A DNA stretch of 64,000 bases, from the NCBI GenBank assembly GCA_043228905.1, contig JBHGNT010000001.1:30380001-30444000 (forward strand), in the 5' to 3' direction. Positions 1 through 12,460 of the stretch are shown here, piece by piece (the first letter of the stretch is position 1; each line of letters starts with the position of its first letter). Below the pieces are notes generated by a model, which did not search any database, had not been told where the DNA came from, and was given only the letters and a program-made list of their open reading frames with translations. Origin of the DNA: Azolla caroliniana (Eukaryota > Plantae > Polypodiophyta). The position numbers and the translations under genes were made by a program.

Positions 1-1240
1 ACACGTATAGACAAAGAAGCACACGGGAACGCGGCCCAACAACACAGGAAGCACGAGTTGAGCAGGAGATAGAGTATAAGAACACTAGTGCATGTATATA
101 AGTATACGTATGTATTTGTATGTATGCAGACGACTCGAACGGTTACAGCCGATTAGGTCGGCGAGATGGATGCCAACGCCTGATCACCCACGCACACAGG
201 GGAGCAAGATGGAGATTCTGCCGGAAGCACACGAGCGTTCCACGAAGCAGAATCAGCCTCTCGAGAACCTGCGCAAAAGAAAGCTATGGAGAACGATAGA
301 GCTCGGTCCCAGTCCGACATCACTTCGTCCCCTCTAGTGCGCAATACCTTCTCTCCTCGTCTCCCTCTCTTTTATAGCTCAAGGAGGGAGGTCGTTTCAC
401 CCGTTTACATCACATTAATTCTCTGTCCTTTTGGACAGAGATACTCCTCGATTCCCCCTATAGAATATTGCTACCTAGGATTTGACTTTTGTGCCTACCT
501 ATCTACTATACAACAAGGAGCGTGCCCACGTGTAAGGGCCGGTTCACACACGCTATACACGGTTTGTGCCTGGGAACGGTTTTCTTCACAACACCGTTAC
601 ATCACATTAATTCTCTGTCCTTTCGGACAGAGATACACCTCGATTCTCTCCCTATTGAATGCGTGCTACCTAGGATTTCACCTCAACCGACTTGTACCTA
701 CCTACTTACCATACAACGAAAAGTGTGCTCGTGTGTAAGGGCCGGTTTACACACGCTAAACTCGGTTTCCGCCTAGGGACGGTTTTCTTCACGACACCAT
801 GGTGAGAATTTACTGTAGTATTCTATACACGTGGATAAGTGTGAGGGTTAAATGAGAGTGTAAAGAAGGGGAGGATTACTTCTAATACTCGGGATTTAGA
901 CAACCCATTAGGCCAAGTGTGAACATGGCTGGGGGCCTTGGGTATTGCTATAAATAGAGGCCTAGCTACCCTCATTTTAGGATCTGGTTGACTACATCGA
1001 GACTCTGTCTTGTGGTGGGTCAACTCTTGTAGCGAGCGCGCCAGCACCAGGTAAGACTCGACGCCACGGCAGTGGTATGGGACGCCGATCGAGGCTCAAG
1101 TTCATCTCGATCCCTTCGCTCGGGGGTTGTCGAGTGGATCGGCACCCTTCTCTCTGTCTCTCCTTTCTTTCTATCTACCTAGATCTATCCTTATCTAATG
1201 CTTATTTTAGTACATGTCTCTAATAGACCTCATCCTTGGC
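1..1240. mobile_element. Probable non-coding LTR-retrotransposon terminal sequence(s)
   Basis: No credible ORF. Contains a ~190-bp tandem duplication (402-798), a TATA-like TATAAATAG at ~949 and a TG..CA-bounded segment (814-1240) that abuts the truncated gag. Boundaries are not confirmed by a TSD. Confidence 0.4.
402..798. repeat. Diverged ~190-200-bp tandem duplication
   Basis: TACATCACATTAATTCTCTGTCC...TTTTCTTCAC(A/G)ACACC occurs twice, starting ~402 and ~594. Confidence 0.85.
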
Positions 1241-2010
1241 ATTTGTAACTGGTGTTTCGAACGTCGTTCGAAAAGCCGGTTATCACATCGTACCGCTCAA
1301 TTGATTGCCTCCATGGGCGATTTTGGTTCTTCGGGGAAAGTCAATAGTAAGTCTTTGACATCATTTCATAGGCCATATCGAAATTGCTCCATCAATGCTT
1401 GATTATCCTAGGGGATATTAGAGGTGAGTAGATGGAAATTTGCAGCGTAAGCGGAGGCTGGACGATCATATTGACGTAATCGTTGGATTTTGTTGATTGT
1501 CTTCCTTATGCTATCAGTATCTCCAAAACAAGCTTGAAACTCGCTGATAAGCTCCTCAAAATTATTTAGTAATTGAGATCTTTTTTCTAACAACAGAGCG
1601 AATCATGCCAAAGCTGAGCCGCTCAACAACGTGTCTACTAGACCCACTCATGATGCATCGGTGGGATATCGGGAAGGGTGCATTTGAATGACTAATCGTA
1701 CATAATTAAGGAATCCTCTAAACTGTGAACCCGTTCCATCGAATTTAATAGGAAGGATGATATTGGGTTATTTATGAATCCCTTGAGTACTTGGTCCTTG
1801 TTGTTGCAATGCTACAATGGTTGCTTAAAGTTGTTGCACTTGTAATGCTAGCTCCCCATGTTGTTGTTGCACTTGCTGCTTTTCTAAAGAGATTTGTTGA
1901 AGATCCCCTAACGACTGTTGATTTTCTTGTTCCAATGCGACAAACCTTTCTTTCAAGCACTGCAGCTCCGAGAAAACAGATTAGTATTCTTGATCGTTAA
2001 CAGTTGCCAT
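1241..2010 (-). pseudogene. Ty3/gypsy gag remnant (chromovirus-like)
   Basis: Minus-strand translation gives LPIKFDGTGSQFRGFL, LLNNFEELISEFQACFGDTD..INKIQRLRQ..RPASAYAANF and AVRCDNRLFERR, typical retrotransposon gag motifs. Stops and frameshifts are present. ATG at 2010. Confidence 0.8.
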
Positions 2011-2439
2011 AGTATTGGAGGAAGGAAGGATAAGAAGATTAGTATGAAGGGAAGGAGGGATATGAAGCTAAAGACAATTCGGTTCAAACTATCAGGGATA
2101 GTACTAGAGGCAAAGAGAATTAGTACTAAAGATAGAGGAGAAGAATGAGGATTAGTACTAAGAAGGCAAAGTGTGTGAAAATCACGAGAGAGAGAGAGAT
2201 AAGAGAGATAATGATGACAACAAGAAGTATATTATTTTATATGAAGAAAGATTCAAGAACAGCTAGGAGGCTTAAGACTGGCATTGAACTGAATTGGTTC
2301 TCAATAATGTCATGTGCCTCTTTTTATAGTGTGCTTAGGAGTAGTCTTGACATTTCTAGAATGTTCCAGAGAAATCTAGAATATACATGGATTTCCTAAG
2401 TGAAATAATAAATGAAAACAATATTTTTTGTATTAAAAT

Positions 2440-2507
2440 GTATAGCTTAGTGGTAGGGCTTCAACCCATGTGACACAAGGTCATGGGTTCAAATCCTTTT
2501 GAAGCCA
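2440..2507 (+). other. tRNA-derived (SINE-head-like) sequence with Pol III A and B boxes
   Basis: A box TAGCTTAGTGG at 2443-2453 and B box GGTTCAAATCC at 2486-2496, at tRNA-like spacing. No complete cloverleaf. Confidence 0.6.
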
Positions 2508-2609
2508 TACCACACTGTATCATTGCACTACCCCCCCCCCCTCCTTTAGACGACAAGTGTTATGAGTCGTCTTAGATTGAGGACATGGTTTGTCAGGAGC
2601 TTAACCGAG

Positions 2610-2896
2610 CCAGATGATTTACAACCGCGGCCATATAGGCCGGACTCAAGCATAACTAAACGAAACCTTAACCAGATAATGAGAAGAAGAACAAGAACTA
2701 AACCCTAATCAAGAGAAAGGAAATTGATAGAAAGGAACCTCGAAACAAAACCACCAGATGATTTACAACCGCGGCCATATAGGCCGGACTCAAGCATAAC
2801 TAAACGAAACCTTAACCAGATAATGAGAAGAAGAACAAGAACTAAACCCTAATCAAGAGAAAGGAAATTGATAGAAAGGAACCTCGAAACAAAACC
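2610..2896. repeat. 144-bp near-perfect tandem duplication
   Basis: CCAGATGATTTACAACC...GAAACAAAACC starts at 2610 and again at 2754. Confidence 0.95.
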
Positions 2897-3349
2897 CTAA
2901 AACGAAATGGGGATAACTAAAACCCTAACGGTTTACCTCAAAATGACAAAATGGCGACCCCTCATCCCTTTTTATAGTAGAAAGGGGTGAGTCTTATTAC
3001 AAAAGGGAGAGGCTAAATATTCCACTCCTTTCAACGGGGGAATATTTGCCTTGATCTTAGGAGGAGAGATTGATGGGGCCTTAACTCCCTCTCCTCTCAT
3101 TTTCACACACAACCATGCCCCTACTTATTACACCCGTACTTCCATGCATTCCTCTTTAGTCTACATGTGCATGTGCACCTAAGTGCGCATCACCTTTATA
3201 CTTCACGAACTTTGTAGTGCATTTTTAGCACCTTACATTTTATCCTTCCTTTTACATTTGTTTTCTTATTCTTATTTACAAATTTACCAAGTGCATGTGC
3301 AATGTTGCAGATCCCGTTTTATCTGTCTCGCTCGGGTTTTCTCACCATA

Positions 3350-4385
3350 GCTGAAAATCCTCACGGCACCATAGATACAAAATGGCTTCATGATAGTCTA
3401 GTAGAGGACTTTGTAGAGGCTAGAAAGACATGGGATGGGCCTTTGCCAAGCAAGACATTTACTATCCCATCATAAGACTTGTTGAATCCTTTAAAAGTGG
3501 CTATTATTCTTTTCTTTTCATGTCAAATGCTATTATTCTTTTGCAAAAGAGGTGGCTCAATGGATAAATGTCATGTTTAAAGTCTATGCAGTTAGTGGAG
3601 TTTATTTCATCGCTAGAGGGTTTTACGAAATATTGCTATCAGAACTGAACTACAAAACTCAATTACTTGAGGAATCTCCTTTAACATATAGAGATCAAAT
3701 GGTTCATGCATTGCCGTGGTTTTTGACAAAAGACTATCAAGGGTTAATTCGTCACAAATGTCCTATCTAGGTTGAAGTGCTTGACTTTCCACGAAATTGA
3801 AATCACTTGTTACCTACAATTGCAGTGGGAATGGGGAGAGTAGTATGCCCCCAAAAAACTACAAGTACTTCTAATAGATTTTGCATTCTTTGGGATGTAG
3901 GTGTTCCGATCTTGGAAGGTGTCACTCTCAACTCAGATGATCCAACTATTGGTGCAAGACCTTTCAAGCTGAAATGGGGCAAATTTATAGGTGCATGTTA
4001 CACATGTAACAAGTTTGGTCATATGCAATAAGAATGCCCAACACTGATTATTCAGGCACCTGAAACCGCAATGTTGAAACCTGCATCACTAAAAGAAAAT
4101 AGTTGGGTTTATTCTTCAAAGGCAACAAACCAATCTATGATGCAACCCATCCAAAAACCGAGAGTACAAGACAAAGGGAAAAGTAAAGTCTCGCAATCAA
4201 ACATGCACGATTTGAGACAAGCCTTTGGTGTGGACAAAGAGAACATTGAAGGATGGCAAATATCTAAGAAATCCTTTAGAAGCAAGACACATGTGGTGGT
4301 GAGGAACTACACTCACACACTTGAGAATCAAGGTTCATTTTTACAAGTTAATGCTTCAATGTTCTCTTCAGTCTTAGAAGCTTAG
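3350..4385 (+). pseudogene. LINE ORF1 remnant (plant L1 ORF1-like, CCHC zinc knuckle)
   Basis: IARGFYEILL, CPI*VEVLDFP and the zinc knuckle CYTCNKFGHMQ*EC. In-frame stops are present and the start is approximate. Confidence 0.7.
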
Positions 4386-4533
4386 AAAAGGGTGAGTAGA
4401 GGCTCATATGTGGACATTTACAAAGATGGATCAGATAAAGATATTAGTCTTCATGCAAATAAGCATGGCGGTGATACTAATATCCAATCATATTAGTATT
4501 TTGCTTTGTTTTAGATCTTCAACCATATCAATC

Positions 4534-7500
4534 ATGCATAAACAAGTCAAATGTGTCTCCTTCAATATATGGGATCTTTGTAACCTTAGTAAATGGAAAC
4601 TATTTTGGAACTATATTACCTCTTCTCAAGCAAATGTAATTTGTGTTCAAGAACATAAACAAGTTGAATTCAGTAGTCAAGTTGGTTCATTTGGAGGTTT
4701 TGACATCTTCTATGCTTGTTAGGGTACAACATCTGGAGTGCTTATGATCATAAAACATGAGCTAAATCCTACGATTTCCTATAATGATCAACGTGGGAGG
4801 TGGATGGTTGTGCAATGCATGATAAATGGTGAGACATATGATTTTGTTGGAATATATGTCCCGGATGCCTCAAGGAATAGAGCTTTACTTTGGCAAGACA
4901 ATGCTTAATATATCCATTGCCACAAAATGCATTTATATGTGGAGATTTCAACAACTCTCCAAATGCAAGTGATAACACTAGTGGTCACTCACATATGTTG
5001 AGAGAGGAACAAGGTCGGTGGTATAATATGCAAATCTCATTGGATTGGGTTGATTTATAGCAAATGACACACCCACATGTTCCGGGTTTTACCTTTCATC
5101 ACACCACCCACTCCGCATACTATGCAAGGCTTGATAGATGGTATTTGTTGCATGCTAGTCAGTATGAAAATTTCACATGTACAATGCATATAGATCATGC
5201 TTTGCAATTGTCAGATCATGCTCCTGTCTAGCTAGACCTTCACTTTGGGAATCATTCCTATGATGTGCATCTCCAAAGGAAGAGACTTATGCTCATTAAC
5301 AACAACTACCTCAAGCATGAACTCTTAAGAGGATGGTCTATGACATAATACCTCCTCTTTATGTAGAAGTCAACATAGATGTTGATATAGTGTGGGTACA
5401 TTTTGTACATAGATTACAATTGACAAACAATAATACAAGAGTATGGGAAGTGGTATGTCTCAAGACAGAGAGATTACACTCAACAAGCCAAATTTACTTG
5501 TCAGGACCTAACGGAGTTAGCACATAGAAGATCTTTGACCTTACATGAAGAGGATGCATTGTGTATGGCCAAACACACAATGATGCTACATGACAAAAAT
5601 AAATTGGAAAAATGGCAAGTTAGGCCAAGACAATTTCCATTGAAGGACTAAGGATGCTCAAAATCTAAATCCTTCTTCAAAAGTTTGCATCTAATACACC
5701 AAGGGAATCCATTAAATTCATCAAAATTGGTGATGGTTTGTGGACTACAAACCGACTTGAACTAGCCAAGGAATGTGTAAGTCACTTCTCTCACATCTTT
5801 GAGAACAATGTAGTTGTTACAGATGCAGTTAAACAGGCTAGAGATACATTCTTGTCACTAGTTCAACCAACTATTTGAGTTGATAAAGCTATTGCTTTGG
5901 ATGCAACATTCACAATGGAGGAGCTTTTGGAGGCTCGGAAGGGTCTCGGGAAAGGAAAAGCGTATGGTTGGGATTGTATTACGTTAGAGTTCATTGCAGA
6001 ATTATGAGATGTCCTTAAGGATTTAATCCTATCTATGGCAAATAATGCTTGGCAACAATGGGATATGTTGATCTCATGGAAAGAAGGTTTGGTCAAACTA
6101 ATACCCAAAAAGAAAGTGTGTGAATCTTTTTTGGATTGGCGATCAATCACTCTCATGCTAGTGATCTATAAACTTATTGCAAAGGTAATTGTTAATCATA
6201 TTAAGGACATTTTGTTGGGAGGCGTTCACGTAAACTAGTACGGGTTCACTCCCCGAACGCAAATTATAGATAATATTGCTAATGCCTATATTGGAATGGA
6301 GTATGCCAAATACACTAAACAAGATGTATTGCTCATGCAAATTGACATTGAAAAGGCCTTTGACACCACCCAATGGGGTTTTGTGGCAGCCACAATGGTC
6401 AAACTAGCATTTGGTCCGAAAATGTCTCAAGCAATCTATTGGCTTTATGGGTCTGGCACATCTTCATGCATTATTGAGGGTGAATTGATAGATTCATGGA
6501 GCTTAGCCAAATCAGTACGACAAGGTTTTCCTGTAACTGCATTGTTGTATGCAATCGCAACTCATCCACTGCTATTGTACATGGATCATCTAGTATCAAT
6601 TGGTCAACTTCACGGTTTGCAAATGAAAGACGAACATGATTTCATGGCTCATGCATATGCAAATGATACATCATTCCTGTCACAAAACAATCCAAATGAT
6701 ATGAGGGTGATTATGGATGCCCTCAAATTGTATGGATTAGCTATTGGATTGCATATTAACTTCAACAAGTCCAAACTCCTACCCTTGACACCATATAGTT
6801 GGCATCAACTTTTGTGGCCAAGTCAAGTTTTTAGCCCAAACGAAATGACCGTTTGACATCTTGGCTATCCATTGAGATGGAATGCAACAAGGGAAAGAAA
6901 AGTTGAATGGATTCTGCAAAAAGTGAGACAAAAGCTAAGCTATTGGAAGATTGCAACATGGTCACTCCATGTCAGTTTGAGGATAGTGCAATCTATATTC
7001 ATGGCTTACATGCAATATTACTTAATTATGATTGATTGGCCGAAACACATGATACAAAAGATTAACTCAGAAACCATGAGGAGCTTTTGGTGCTCTAAGC
7101 AGTCACATAGAGGTTACATACGACTCCTATCACTAGAGAAGATATGCCCTCCACGATTGAGTGGAGGGCCAAATATTCTTAATTTGCATTTGCATATGTT
7201 GGCTAGAAAAGCTACTTCATTGCCAAAATTTGCTAAAAAAAACATTGCCTTGGGCAAGAATGCTATCTGATATTTTTGATCATTTGAAAACCAAGTCATT
7301 TTGCTCATGGGATAACCATTGGGATGTAATGTTTGGAAAGCTTGACGGGCACATCAAAGGTTGACCGTTTAGCTCAAAGCTTCTAAAGCACTAGAAGGAA
7401 GTATTGCACCACATAAAATGGAGAGGTAGGAATTCAGAATCATGGAACTCTTTACACCTTGAAAGCTTACACTGGAGTGCTATATTCCCACAATCACTAG

Positions 7501-8374
7501 CTAAACAAGGGCCTAGGAAAGCTTATTTTTTAGTAAAGAAGGGGTTGAAATCAATTGCAAATGTGGGAAATGACCAAGGTCACTTATTGCACTTCAATGA
7601 CATTACATGTCGTTATAGTCTTGTGCCATATCATCACGTTATTTGGAATCAAGTCACAGAGTTGGTACTTTCACAGAGTTGGTAGTTTCCTTAGTATTTT
7701 TGCCACCTCCAGATGGAGATCGCAAGATTTAGGATTGGATCTTACAAAAAAAGAACATTATTATTCCAATGCATAACATTACAACACATTTAGTGTATAT
7801 GTTGTTGCAACCTGTCCCGTGGTTTCATGAACATGCAAATGCATTATGGAACCTACACAAAACGCAATCCTAGTGGAAAAATGGGCTTACAAGCTTATGG
7901 AGCTCTGGTCCTCCACTTAAGCAACAGGTATTCCTATGGATATGCCTATTGGGCATGCTCCCGACTGGGTCGAATCTTCAAAAGAGATTGATAGCCTCAC
8001 CACATTGTGCAAGTTGTGGTGGACGATTGGAAACAGTCCCACACTTATTATGGACTTGCTCATTCACTACAAAATTTGTACAAAGACTAAGTGCATCTCT
8101 TTATCACGGACTTCTTGGCCAAAGGTTTGGTAAACACTTTTGGATATTTGGACAAATTCCATGCGCCCTATCCAACAATGCCTATTTTCTCCAACATACA
8201 CAATTTTGGGCACTCTTGACCATTTGGATAGCCCACAATAATAAGGTCTTTGATCGAAACCAACTACATGAAGTTAGCTTCTTTCAGCAATCCCTCAGGA
8301 AATCTCTATTTGATTGTCTACAACTTAGAGACATCACACTGCAAATTTACAATCTTTACTTTGAGTGCTTTTAA
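4534..8374 (+). pseudogene. LINE ORF2 remnant: AP-endonuclease, reverse transcriptase, C-terminal zinc-binding region
   Basis: EN motifs SFNI, ICVQEHK, ICGDFN, RLDRWY, LSDHAPV. RT motifs WRSITLM, IDIEKAFD, SVRQGFP, YAND (degenerate YADD). C-terminal CASCGGRLETVPHLLWTC. Multiple stops and frameshifts. Confidence 0.92.
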
Positions 8375-10008
8375 GCTCTTTAGTGTCTAATCGACACTTG
8401 TATATTTTTCATTCATTGTGAGTTTTCACCTCACTTTGAGGTTTCCTACTAGTAATAAAAGTGTTAATAAAAAAACAATACAGAAAATAACAATGGGTTA
8501 AGTGGGCATCTTGATGGATAGTTGTTGTGAGGAATCATGTTATGTAACTCAATAACTGAGCATTACTTGGAACACTACATCTTTGCCTTAAATAAGAATA
8601 TAAGGCGGAACATATGTGGTCCAAAGTCCATTGCATGCATTAACCCTAAAATTAAAGAATAATTGATACAATCATAACCTTTCTCCAATTCTAACTATAC
8701 AATAATGCATGACCATTTGAACATTAAGCACTTTATGCAACATACTATTATGTGTAATGAAATCATGTTGGGGTTGGATGGGTCATCTTTGGCAAATATT
8801 CGTAACCATTTTTCCAATGCCTTTGTAAATACAATATATACTACCCCCCATGTTAGAGAAATAGTAGACATTAATGAAATGACTCACATAATGCAATATC
8901 TTATATATATCTCCCCCATCATTGGGATTAATTCGATGAGACAAACGTTCCACACTTGAGGCATACAACCAAAATCCCAACAACATTGGAACATCAGAGT
9001 AAGAGGCCCGTAAAAATGTTGAACTGTAATAGTGTGCCGAACTCATGGGCTGTGTCCGGAATGTCCGGATACTTCAGGACCTCGCATTTTGTCGTACATC
9101 ACTTTAAAAATTCATTTGTCAAACTATCCTAAAAAGAGCTCTTGCCACTAGGAAGACGCCTTAAAACATATCTACCTCATCCTCCATCTAATCTACATCC
9201 AATTCTTGACTAAGAGGGTTGTGCACAATACATCCAATTGTCATAAAACTCATGGCGTGCACTAATCACCTATTTAGTCAAAAACAATTGGAGCCCAAGA
9301 AAATCCTTAAAGTAATTAGTCCATCTCACAATTATTGTAGTTAAATCCACTATAAAATTTTCCCATTTCTTAAAACACTACATTAGATTGAGCATAGGTA
9401 CGTACGATATAGTGTTTGAAAAAAATAAAACATTGACATTGATTGCCATGTAACCCATCCCCTAGTTGTTGCATTTTACCATAGGACAACTTTCTCATTG
9501 TACTCATGAAAATGACGACTTGCAATTGATTCAAGATATCTAGAGCTCCTCATTTAATTGTGAATGTATCGATAACACAGTAAACCTAGAGAGAAGCTGT
9601 GAGAATTTTTGAGGAAAATCCTCTCATTAGTTAACCATACATTCCATGAATGATCTTAAGTAATGTTTCATAGATTTATACCCCATGCCAATATATCATT
9701 TCTATCCAGTTCTTAAGTAATGTTTCAACCACTGAGTAATAGAATCGAATGGGAGTTCCCCATAAAAATATAAGATAATTGCGCAACCATAGACTATGTC
9801 AAAAAAATTGCAAAACTAACTTAACATTGACATCCACATCATGCACATCCTCATGAAAGCAAAAAAAAAAATCTTCATTCTCCTCTACTATTTTTAACAA
9901 CAAGGTACTCTTTATAAGACCAATTTTTTTATGATTTGACCCTTTTCGAATGTTTGCATGATGTCTCCATAGTATAATAGATTTTGTGGATTTATTTTAA
10001 AGTAATAT

Positions 10009-11160
10009 TGTGGTGTACATGTGTTCCTTTGTGCCACCCTTTTTAGGATGCATGTACCTAAGTCGACCCACCCTTTTAGCCCACCCTTTTTAGGATGCAT
10101 GTACCTAAGCCGACCCACCCTTTTAGCACACCCTTTTTAGCTAAGCCAACCCAAATGGGTACCTTTGTATCAACTATAAATTGAGTAAGAAGTAAGAAGC
10201 TAACTAGGTTGATTTTGATCTCTTATGTGCATGTCACATATTGGTGGAGATGCGGGGTACCAATCCCCCACGTCCAAGCATCCACCTCTTCCCCCTCACC
10301 TTAGGTTGCCCACTAACTTCTTGTCCAACGAGATTCTCCGATCCCCCTCCTACACAATAGCCCTCTTGTCCCCCACCTCAGCCAAGTCCAGGTGGCCCTC
10401 AGTCCACAAGAGGGATTCATCTTTCTCTGCCAATTGCTAGCTCATTTTCCGTCACTAGTCTCATCCAACTATTATCTGATCAAGGCCGCCAGTTCCATGG
10501 GGGATGTCCTCAACGTCCTTGCAACTCAACTAGGTGTCTGGTAGTCCCCATACCATCCTCAGACGAATGGTCTCACTGGACGCCTCAACAAGACCCTCAA
10601 CAAGGAGTTGCCGCTTACATTGAACCATGCAACAAAACTTGGGATCAAATCTTGCCTTTCGTCACCGACACCGACAATACATCCGTGCAGGCATCTACAC
10701 AAATCAACCCTTTTCGAGCACTCTATGGGCGTAACCCTCGCCTCCCACCAAAATCGTCCATTGATGTCCATTCAAAACTTGCCAACATGAATAGTGCCAC
10801 TTGGGGGGCTCTATCTCCAACAAATGCTCATCATCCTTCGACAAGCCAATGCGCATGTTCCTGTTCATGTTCATGCTCCTCAGTCTCTTGTTTCTCTCAA
10901 GGAGGGAAATGTGGTGTGCATGTGTTCCTTTGTGCCGCCCTTTTTAGGATGCATGTACCTAAGCTAACCCACCCTTTTTAGGATGCATGTACCTGAGCTA
11001 ACCCACCCTTTTTAGGATGCATGTACCTAAGTCGACCCACCCTTTTAGCACACCCTTTTTAGCTAAGCCAACCCAAATGGGTACCTTTGTATCAACTATA
11101 AATTGAGTAAGAAATAAGAAGCGAACTAAGCTGGTTTTGATGTCTTATGTGCATTTCACA
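10009..11160 (+). mobile_element. Internally deleted (TRIM-sized) Ty3/gypsy LTR element
   Basis: LTRs at 10009-10238 and 10910-11160 (TGTGG...TCACA). PBS TGGTGGAGATGCGGGG at 10242-10257 is complementary to the tRNA-Ala 3' end. PPT AAGGAGGGAAA precedes LTR2. Integrase remnant SPYHPQTNGL..LNKTL, WDQILPFV, PFRALYGRNPRLP. ATAT lies on both flanks. Confidence 0.92.
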
Positions 11161-11573
11161 ATATAATTATAAATTTTGAGATAAAAGTTGAAACAATGAT
11201 GGCCAATATGTTTGGATTTGTGTACAATGGATGCTACATTAACATAAAAAATGGACAGATACCCAAAATGAAGACAATAATGATGACATGTGGTTTATAT
11301 GAGTGAAAGCAAGTACCTACCAACTCCCTCAAAGAACTTAAAATACCAACAATTTGAGTGGTGTCCTCAACATTAAATACAACATTGAACAACTTTTTGA
11401 GAAGCCACATGACCTATACATATGTGTGAATTTGGTCAATCTCAAGTTTTTCTATTGCAACACCATAGCCTTTTCAAGACAAGATAATCCATTATCTATT
11501 TGTTCATATTACATTTCATTACAATCATTACAAATTGCAATCAAGCCTTTATACGCCACTCGTCCCTTGGAAG

Positions 11574-12460
11574 TAGCAATGGGCACGGTTCAGTGTCATT
11601 TCGGTTCGGTTTCAAGGCAAAGAAAGCAAACCCTTTATATAAAACAAAAACCAAACCAACCCGTTTAGGAAAAAGTTGAAACCAAACCAAACCATTTAAT
11701 AAAAAATTTAAACCCAAACCGTTTAGGGAGAAGTTGAAATAACAATCGGCAACGACTCGGTTTGAACCGAACCAAACCACGAAACCACGGCTTAATGGTT
11801 TAAACGGTTTGGTTTGGTTTGGTTTCAACCGCGGTTTAAATGGTTTAACGATTTTTTTTTAATTCAAATACAATTTAAAAAATTGTTTTTAAATAATCTT
11901 TTCATTTTCATGCCTTATTCTCACATTTTGGGAAAAATTTTAAAATTTAAAATTTAAAATTTGACCTAAGCTAAAAACCGAAACCGCGGTTTAACCAGTT
12001 TAATGGCTTAACAGTTTGAAATTTTTTTAATGGTTCAATTCGGTTCGGTTTGGTTCAGGTTTCAACATCTCTAAACGGTTCGGTTTGGATCCTCTCAAAC
12101 CGAACCGAATCGTTGTCAATTGTTAAATTGAAACCAAACTGAACCATTTAATAAAAAAATTAAAACAAACCATTTAAATCAAACTAATTAAACATCTAAA
12201 TAAACAAAAATACATTAAATTAAATAAGCATTTAAGTTAAATTTATTAAATCAATAAAAAACAATTAATTAAACCATTAAATTAATAAATTATTAAGGTA
12301 AAACAAAAGTTAACCAAAAACCTATAAACTTATAAACCCAACTTTTAGAACCGAACCATTTATCGAAAATCCAAACCATTAAATTTTTTTGGAATCAATA
12401 AACTGTTAACCATGGCTTAACGGTTCGGTTCGATTTGAGCCAAAATCGTGCCCATTACTA
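11574..12460. mobile_element. Non-autonomous hAT-type DNA transposon (MITE)
   Basis: TIRs TAGCAATGGGCACG / CGTGCCCATTACTA, a perfect 8-bp TSD CTTGGAAG (11566-11573 and 12461-12468), many GGTTCGGTT/AACCGAACC subterminal motifs and an AT-rich interior. Confidence 0.93.

Larger units (their letters stand above)
2424..8471 (+). mobile_element. Near full-length degenerate L1-type LINE
   Basis: ORF1 and ORF2 remnants in order, an A-rich tail with AATAAA at ~8454-8475, and a candidate TSD AAAACAATA at 2415-2423 and 8472-8480. Confidence 0.8.
2212..8599 (-). mobile_element. Putative 5' LTR of the gypsy element, split by the LINE insertion (LTR parts ~2212-2423 and ~8472-8599)
   Basis: Lies upstream of gag on the minus strand. 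The minus strand reads TGTAGTG (8599) ... TGTCATCA (2212). The two halves join across the AAAACAATA duplication. Confidence 0.4.

Noticed and set aside
10242-10257. Local tRNA-Ala gene (58266-58338) as the primer for this PBS
   Set aside because: Complementarity stops after 11 nt (TGGTGGAGATG). The PBS fits the canonical ..CCCCGCATCTCCACCA isodecoder better, so co-occurrence is probably coincidental.
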